Part shown: in pieces, positions 1 through 4,413 of the stretch
Layout of the letters: each line of letters starts with the position of its first letter
Numbering within the stretch: position 1 is the stretch's first letter
The notes under the pieces: generated by a model
The model's database searches: none
What the model was told of the DNA's origin: nothing
What the model saw: only the letters and a program-made list of their open reading frames with translations
Made by a program: the position numbers and the translations under genes
Virus record (IMG/VR): IMGVR_UViG_2698536533_000008
Source of the DNA: a virus
Taxonomy: Duplodnaviria > Heunggongvirae > Uroviricota > Caudoviricetes
Length of the DNA: 4,413 bases
Strand: one strand, 5' to 3'

Positions 1-53
1 AGGGACAGCTGATAGAAACAGAAGCCACTGGAGCACCTCAAAAACACCATCAT
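1..53 (-). CDS. Possible 5' end of the next minus-strand gene downstream of the tape measure gene (unassigned)
   Basis: Tandem ATG ATG at 48-53 opens a frame that is stop-free to the window edge (MMVFLRCSSGFCFYQLS...). There is no recognisable Shine-Dalgarno and only 17 codons are visible. Confidence 0.2.
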   Translation of the reverse strand, partial: MMVFLRCSSGFCFYQLS

Positions 54-260
54 ACACTAAATCAGTAAGTTGGCAGCATCACCGTTTTAACGTTACTAAT
101 AAATCGTGAAACAATCTCCTCATTTGTTAGTATTTTCGCCTGAGCACAGCAAGAGGTTAATATTGCAACCGTCATTAAAAATGGCTTTATCACAAAACAA
201 ACTCCATTGTTAGCATGTTACGCGATAATTTTGCCTCATCTTTCACCACAAAAAAAGAAC

Positions 261-1823
261 TCACCTTTTAAATGGAGAATACCCAACATCATGGGTGATT
301 TTCATAAAGGGATCGCCTGTTTTCGGCAAATCGATAACGCGCATTCCAGGCGGCGCGTTGTCAAACGTCACCTTAAGTTCGCTGCGGGTTGCCGGTGAAG
401 ATGCAAGGCTTAACAGCTGATTCCTTTCCAGTGATACATTCGGGGTGTAGCGTTTATCGGGAGATAAATACCCATCACCACGTGGCATCTGCCATCCGGT
501 CATGTCATAGACAAAATCATGGAACTGTTTGCCCCACTCGTCGAACTTATCATTCAGACCAAATCCACTGTTCAGTGCATCAGCCACAAAATTTTTAACA
601 AGCCAGGGATGTGCTTTTTCAAACTCCTGCGCCATCATGCCCAGTTCAAGCAATCCACCAATCAGACTGATCTTTCCGAGGCCCTTTAATTTCAGCCCTG
701 TTTTTCCTGCCGCCGTTGTCCATTGATTCTGGGCGACTGTTGCCGCACGAATACTTGCCACCGCCTTCACACCAATATACAGGGCAGAAACCGTTGCTAT
801 TGTTTTTACTGCCTGTTCCCATCCCCCCATTGCTCTGACAACCTGATCAACCTCCTGCCAGACTTTTTTCACAACCGGACCGACCGTTTCCCAGTTATCA
901 ATTATGAGATATGCACCACCGACGAGAAGCGCAATTAATCCCTTTGCCGGCGTCATATTCATCACGCTACCCATGATTTTTGTTATGCGTGTCAATGTGC
1001 CAATCGCCACGCCCATCGTCAGTAATGCCGCACCAGTTTTCGCGATGGTTTTTACGACCTCAGGATTTTCTCTGACAAACGTGCGCACTTCTTCCAGAAA
1101 AGGCTTCATCTCTTTTATGCCTTCATTGAGTGAAGGCAGGAAGGTTTCCCCCNNNNNNNNNNNNNNNNNNNNNNNNNNNNNNNNNNNNNNNNNNNNNNNN
1201 NNNNNNNNNNNNNNNNNNNNNNNNNNNNNNNNNNNNNNNNNNNNNNNNNNNNNNNNNNNNNNNNNNNNNNNNNNNNNNNNNNNNNNNNNNNNNNNNNNNN
1301 NNNNNNNNNNNNNNNNNNNNNNNNNNNNNNNNNNNNNNNNNNNNNNNNNNNNNNNNNNNNNNNNNNNNNNNNNNNNNNNNNNNNNNNNNNNNNNNNNNNN
1401 NNNCCCCATTCCGGCAATGGTTGCCCCCATTGCGGCAATCTCTCCGGAGGCCACACCCGCAACACTGCCTAAAGGGCCAATACGGGTCACAACATCAGAA
1501 ATCTTTTTCGCACTTGCAGGACCGGTATTACCAAGATAGTTAATCTTATCCGCAAGCCCTGCCACCTCTCCCTGTGTCAGTTTAAAGGCAGTGCGCCACT
1601 GCGCCATCATCTGACCGGATTCTTCTGCCGTGGTGTCAAAGGCCACGCCCATCTTCACGGCATCGTCAGTAAACTGCATCAGCTCGTCACGGGCGATACC
1701 AGCCTGACCACCCGCCGCCACAATTTCGGCGATACCTTCCGCCGACATGGGCAGTTCTGTTGACAGGTCGCGCACCTGCTCCGTCATTGCCTTAAACGCT
1801 TCCGGCGTATCCAGACCATCCAC
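261..1823 (-). CDS. Phage tail tape measure protein (TP901/P2-T-like core); 5' end incomplete, start lies in or beyond masked block 1824-2075
   Basis: Long minus-strand ORF with TGA stop at 261-263, stop-free to the mask at 1823 and in frame across the internal N block 1153-1403. The N-terminal region (AEGIAEIVAAGGQAGIARDELMQFTDDAVKMGVAFDTTAEESGQ...) has the Ala/Gly-rich helical character of tape measure cores, followed by hydrophobic segments (LIALLVGGAYLIIDNW, ISLIGGLLELGMM). It sits directly downstream of a chaperone gene. The visible ATG at 1821-1823 abuts the mask and is probably not the true start. Confidence 0.85.
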   Translation of the reverse strand: MDGLDTPEAFKAMTEQVRDLSTELPMSAEGIAEIVAAGGQAGIARDELMQFTDDAVKMGVAFDTTAEESGQMMAQWRTAFKLTQGEVAGLADKINYLGNTGPASAKKISDVVTRIGPLGSVAGVASGEIAAMGATIAGMGXXXXXXXXXXXXXXXXXXXXXXXXXXXXXXXXXXXXXXXXXXXXXXXXXXXXXXXXXXXXXXXXXXXXXXXXXXXXXXXXXXXXGETFLPSLNEGIKEMKPFLEEVRTFVRENPEVVKTIAKTGAALLTMGVAIGTLTRITKIMGSVMNMTPAKGLIALLVGGAYLIIDNWETVGPVVKKVWQEVDQVVRAMGGWEQAVKTIATVSALYIGVKAVASIRAATVAQNQWTTAAGKTGLKLKGLGKISLIGGLLELGMMAQEFEKAHPWLVKNFVADALNSGFGLNDKFDEWGKQFHDFVYDMTGWQMPRGDGYLSPDKRYTPNVSLERNQLLSLASSPATRSELKVTFDNAPPGMRVIDLPKTGDPFMKITHDVGYSPFKR

Positions 1824-2075
1824 NNNNNNNNNNNNNNNNNNNNNNNNNNNNNNNNNNNNNNNNNNNNNNNNNNNNNNNNNNNNNNNNNNNNNNNNNNNNN
1901 NNNNNNNNNNNNNNNNNNNNNNNNNNNNNNNNNNNNNNNNNNNNNNNNNNNNNNNNNNNNNNNNNNNNNNNNNNNNNNNNNNNNNNNNNNNNNNNNNNNN
2001 NNNNNNNNNNNNNNNNNNNNNNNNNNNNNNNNNNNNNNNNNNNNNNNNNNNNNNNNNNNNNNNNNNNNNNNNNNN

Positions 2076-2470
2076 GGCCTCGGCTTCCAGTTCTGTAAAC
2101 TGCGAAACAGCCCCCCGTCGCAGCTCCAGTGGATTCAGTTTCCAGAACCAGGCAACATTGTAGAGTCGTTTCCGGAGGTGCTTCCCGTCTCCGACTGGGT
2201 AAAAAAACGCAGGATCTGCATGCTGGTCTTAAAAATATCCAGTTTTGCCATCTGCGCCGCCGATGAACGCGGGATCCCCGCCAGCAACGGGATATATTTC
2301 AGTGCCACCTGGCTGTCCAGTTTAATACTGCCTTCACCGGAAATAATGAAAGGAAAACCCAGCGCCTCGATTTCGTCATACGTGGGCTCGCGCAACTCCA
2401 GCACATGCAGCATTTCGTTATGCGCTGTCACCGGTTTTTTTAAAACTATTTCTGTAACGTTCATTGCCAT
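2076..2470 (-). CDS. Predicted -1 frameshift-extended chaperone product (E+E' / G-T-like); visible part only, extension continues into masked block
   Basis: After codons F89-F90 (TTT TTT) a -1 slip gives ...RFF-YPVGDGKHLRKRLYNVAWFWKLNPLELRRGAVSQFTELEAEA... The -1 frame has its last upstream stop at 2229-2231, contains no ATG/GTG/TTG between there and 2076, and is stop-free to the mask. It can therefore only be expressed by frameshifting from the chaperone frame. Confidence 0.45.
2135..2470 (-). CDS. Phage tail assembly chaperone (P2 gpE / lambda gpG-like), 111 aa
   Basis: ORF from ATG 2468-2470 to TGA 2135-2137. A GGGAGGG Shine-Dalgarno lies 8 nt upstream. The start overlaps the upstream gene's stop as TAATG. 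It is a small protein between tube and tape measure and contains a T7 slippery run near its 3' end with an open -1 frame. Confidence 0.7.
   Translation of the reverse strand: MAMNVTEIVLKKPVTAHNEMLHVLELREPTYDEIEALGFPFIISGEGSIKLDSQVALKYIPLLAGIPRSSAAQMAKLDIFKTSMQILRFFTQSETGSTSGNDSTMLPGSGN
2173..2193 (-). promoter_or_regulatory. Possible frameshift-stimulating stem-loop 7 nt downstream of the slippery site
   Basis: Inverted repeat CGGAG (2173-2177) and CTCCG (2189-2193) with an 11-nt loop. On the mRNA it lies 7 nt 3' of the T7 run. The stem is only 5 bp, so this is weak. Confidence 0.25.
2201..2207 (-). promoter_or_regulatory. Slippery heptanucleotide for programmed -1 ribosomal frameshifting (T TTT TTT on coding strand)
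   Basis: Seven consecutive T on the minus strand (A7 on +), positioned so the 0-frame codons are TTT TTT preceded by T. This is the same class of site as the T-run used for P2 E/E+E' frameshifting. Confidence 0.5.
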
Positions 2471-2836
2471 TACTGATACCCTCCCTCTTCGCCGTGGAAT
2501 TCAAGATCTGCCGTGCCTTCTTCGGCATTATGATTAGCCTCTCCGTGCAGCCATGCCGCCGAAAGCACATACACCATGCCGNNNNNNNNNNNNNNNNNNN
2601 NNNNNNNNNNNNNNNNNNNNNNNNNNNNNNNNNNNNNNNNNNNNNNNNNNNNNNNNNNNNNNNNNNNNNNNNNNNNNNNNNNNNNNNNNNNNNNNNNNNN
2701 NNNNNNNNNNNNNNNNNNNNNNNNNNNNNNNNNNNNNNNNNNNNNNNNNNNNNNNNNNNNNNNNNNNNNNNNNNNNNNNNNNNNNNNNNNNNNNNNNNNN
2801 NNNNNNNNNNNNNNNNNNNNNNNNNNNNNNNNNNNN
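2470..2836 (-). CDS. Putative tail tube protein; only the C-terminal 37 aa (2470-2581) are readable, the 5' part is masked
   Basis: Readable C-terminus is ...GMVYVLSAAWLHGEANHNAEEGTADLEFHGEEGGYQ with TAA stop at 2470-2472 overlapping the chaperone ATG (TAATG). Assignment rests on position between sheath and chaperone and on the roughly 120-codon space available. The start coordinate is an estimate. Confidence 0.5.
2479..2485 (-). promoter_or_regulatory. Shine-Dalgarno sequence of the chaperone gene, embedded in the 3' end of the tube gene
   Basis: GGGAGGG on the minus strand, 8 nt upstream of the ATG at 2470. Confidence 0.6.
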
Positions 2837-4323
2837 TCCTCTGAATACTGAAGACGGAACTGGTTAACCACCGCAAAGACACGTAACTGATTAACATAAT
2901 CCGGCGGGAACAGCGTATTCAGTCGGTTCGGGTTATCTGCATCACGCTCAACTATCAGATACTGTTTAAACAGATCGTAATTTTCCACAATACCGGCACG
3001 CTCCATCTGACGATATGTCGCCAGAAGTTCCCCTTTGATAACGGCAGGAGTGACAATCGCCTGCCCCGGACCAAAACGGGTACCATCATTTGCCAGCTTG
3101 TGACGTCCGTACTTGCTTGTGATGACCGATTTCAGTTTGCGAAGAACATATGCACTGGTATGCAGAGTTTCACTGTCCAGATAGCTGTTGTCTGCCACGC
3201 CATACGCATTCTTTTTGTAGGTGGTTACGGAACGCTGGATCTGCAACGTGCCGCCTTCCACATAAGCCGTCGCCACGCCGTGAGATAAAAGGGTCTGCTG
3301 CTCTGTCATGATGAATCGCTTACCTTTCGGTGCCGGAAGCATCCCCACCAGCTCCCCCGTCTGTGTCGGACGGGCAGGATCATTCCGGATAAATACCGCT
3401 TCACGGGCAAGGCGACTGGCAACCAGTTCATCGACAGGCGACTGGGTTTCTTTTTCGTAACCGGCAAGCGTGATATGTTGCTGATTATGCATATCTCCGG
3501 CACCAACCAGCTCTGACAGCGTTCCCAGTTTTGCGGTATAGCCATGCCCGTATAACTGGCGCGCATAACTCCAGCGACCGCTGCTGTCATTCATTTCGGT
3601 CATCATCATATTGATGGAGGCGGCATCGTTGAACGGCAGACCGATAAAGTCGAATGCCTCATCGCCCATAGCAGCAACAGCGGCGGTAAGATCAGGCGCT
3701 CCGCTACCGGCAGCACCGACTTCCGTCACCACCCGAAGCCCTGCTGGCAGAATCTCACCACCACCAGAACCATAATAATTCAGACAGACCGGTAACTCAT
3801 TACCATACAGCCCCTTATGACGGGCAGTCAGCGTCACCACACCTGCATCAGATGACGCCGTAAACGGCAGGGTGATAACCCCGTTTACCGCTTCCTTAAT
3901 CGCGGTGGCAACCGCAGTGGCATCATCGCCATTCACCACAGGCACCTGTACACGGGAGCGCCCGACATACAGACTCAGGGTGCCGCTTTCCTCTGCTTCT
4001 CCGGCAACCGTCACCCTGACCGTCGCCGCCGCCCCTCTGGCTTCCGGTACTGCAATAACATACAGTTCACCGAAAGGATCTGTCTGACGGTAGACTTCCA
4101 CCATACGCGCCAGCTGGCTCCCCGCCCCACAAATCTGGCGGGCATAATCTGCCGATGGCATCAGCACCAGGCTGTTAACCTCAATGGCTGCATCGTTGCT
4201 GGCATGCCCGATCAGTAATGCAGGCGCGCTGGTCACCGCTGTATTTGCCGCAGAATTGTTCATCTCGGCGTAGAACAACGGCACCAGCGTATTCGACGGA
4301 ACAGTATTAAAACTTATCGTCAT
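2837..4323 (-). CDS. Contractile tail sheath protein (Mu gpL-like family); about 495 N-terminal residues readable, 3' end in masked block
   Basis: ATG at 4321-4323, stop-free to the mask at 2837. The N-terminus MTISFNTVPSNTLVPLFYAEMNNSAANTA... and its length match the Mu-type sheath family from memory. It is the first gene of the sheath-tube-chaperone-tape measure order. Confidence 0.8.
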
Positions 4324-4338
4324 GATTTTTTAGCCTTA

Positions 4339-4413
4339 TCCTTGAGGTGTACTGGCAATAGCGGACACTACCATTTGTTCTTTTTTTAAGCAGCCATCTG
4401 ATGATATTTTTCC
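4339..4413 (-). CDS. Possible 3' end of an upstream minus-strand gene (unassigned); very short fragment
   Basis: A minus-strand frame is open from the window edge to a TAA at 4336-4338 (…GKISSDGCLKKEQMVVSAIASTPQG*), 12 nt before the sheath ATG. A second frame is also stop-free here and the region is AT-rich, so this is weak. Confidence 0.25.

Noticed and set aside
62-175. 37-aa minus-strand ORF (MTVAILTSCCAQAKILTNEEIVSRFISNVKTVMLPTY) in the AT-rich gap
   Set aside because: No Shine-Dalgarno, rare codons (ATA, CTA) and a length expected by chance in AT-rich sequence. Kept only as a note within the AT-rich gap finding.
119-217. Direct repeat of ATTGTTAG-like motif (about 123-131 and 206-214)
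   Set aside because: Only 7-8 bp, a size expected by chance in AT-rich DNA, with no flanking structure suggesting an att site, iteron or transposon end.
247-263. T7 run immediately after the tape measure stop as an intrinsic terminator
   Set aside because: There is no GC-rich stem-loop preceding the T run, so it does not meet the pattern of a rho-independent terminator.
1115-3590. Minus-strand out-of-frame ORFs 1115-1465, 2418-2897 and 3306-3590
   Set aside because: They overlap the tape measure, tube and sheath genes in alternative frames. Two are mostly masked, and 3306-3590 has an Arg/Trp/Cys-rich composition typical of an off-frame translation of a GC-richer gene.
207-4087. Thirteen plus-strand ORFs from the track (207-398, 389-598, 529-726, 723-938, 904-1539, 1130-1543, 1747-2163, 2178-2537, 2464-2844, 2553-2867, 2576-2851, 3100-3288, 3872-4087)
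   Set aside because: All lie antisense to the long minus-strand tail genes, several are mostly masked X residues, and their products are low-complexity or Cys/His/Pro/Arg-rich as expected for shadow ORFs. None has a convincing ribosome binding site.
1-4413. CRISPR array, tRNA or rRNA genes, transposase or IS ends, toxin-antitoxin or other defence genes
   Set aside because: I saw no spaced direct repeats, no cloverleaf-like segments and no ORFs outside the tail genes large enough to encode such proteins. Masked intervals could not be assessed.

Overview
The window reads as one minus-strand block of contractile phage tail genes in the conserved order sheath, tube, tail assembly chaperone, tape measure protein, as found in Mu-like/P2-like myovirus prophages or R-type tailocins. 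The sheath stop and tube start, the chaperone/tape-measure junction and an internal part of the tape measure gene lie in three masked N blocks (1153-1403, 1824-2075, 2582-2836) and cannot be read. The most specific signal is a candidate programmed -1 frameshift site in the chaperone gene: an A7 run on the + strand at 2201-2207 (T7 on the coding strand), with the -1 frame opening just upstream and staying stop-free into the masked block. Both window edges are AT-rich (roughly 35-45% GC by hand count at 1-260) with no confident genes. I found no CRISPR array, tRNA/rRNA, transposase or defence-type gene. I do not see evidence of a novel system in the readable sequence; this looks like an ordinary tail module. 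All homology statements are from recognition of the translated sequence, not from a database search.
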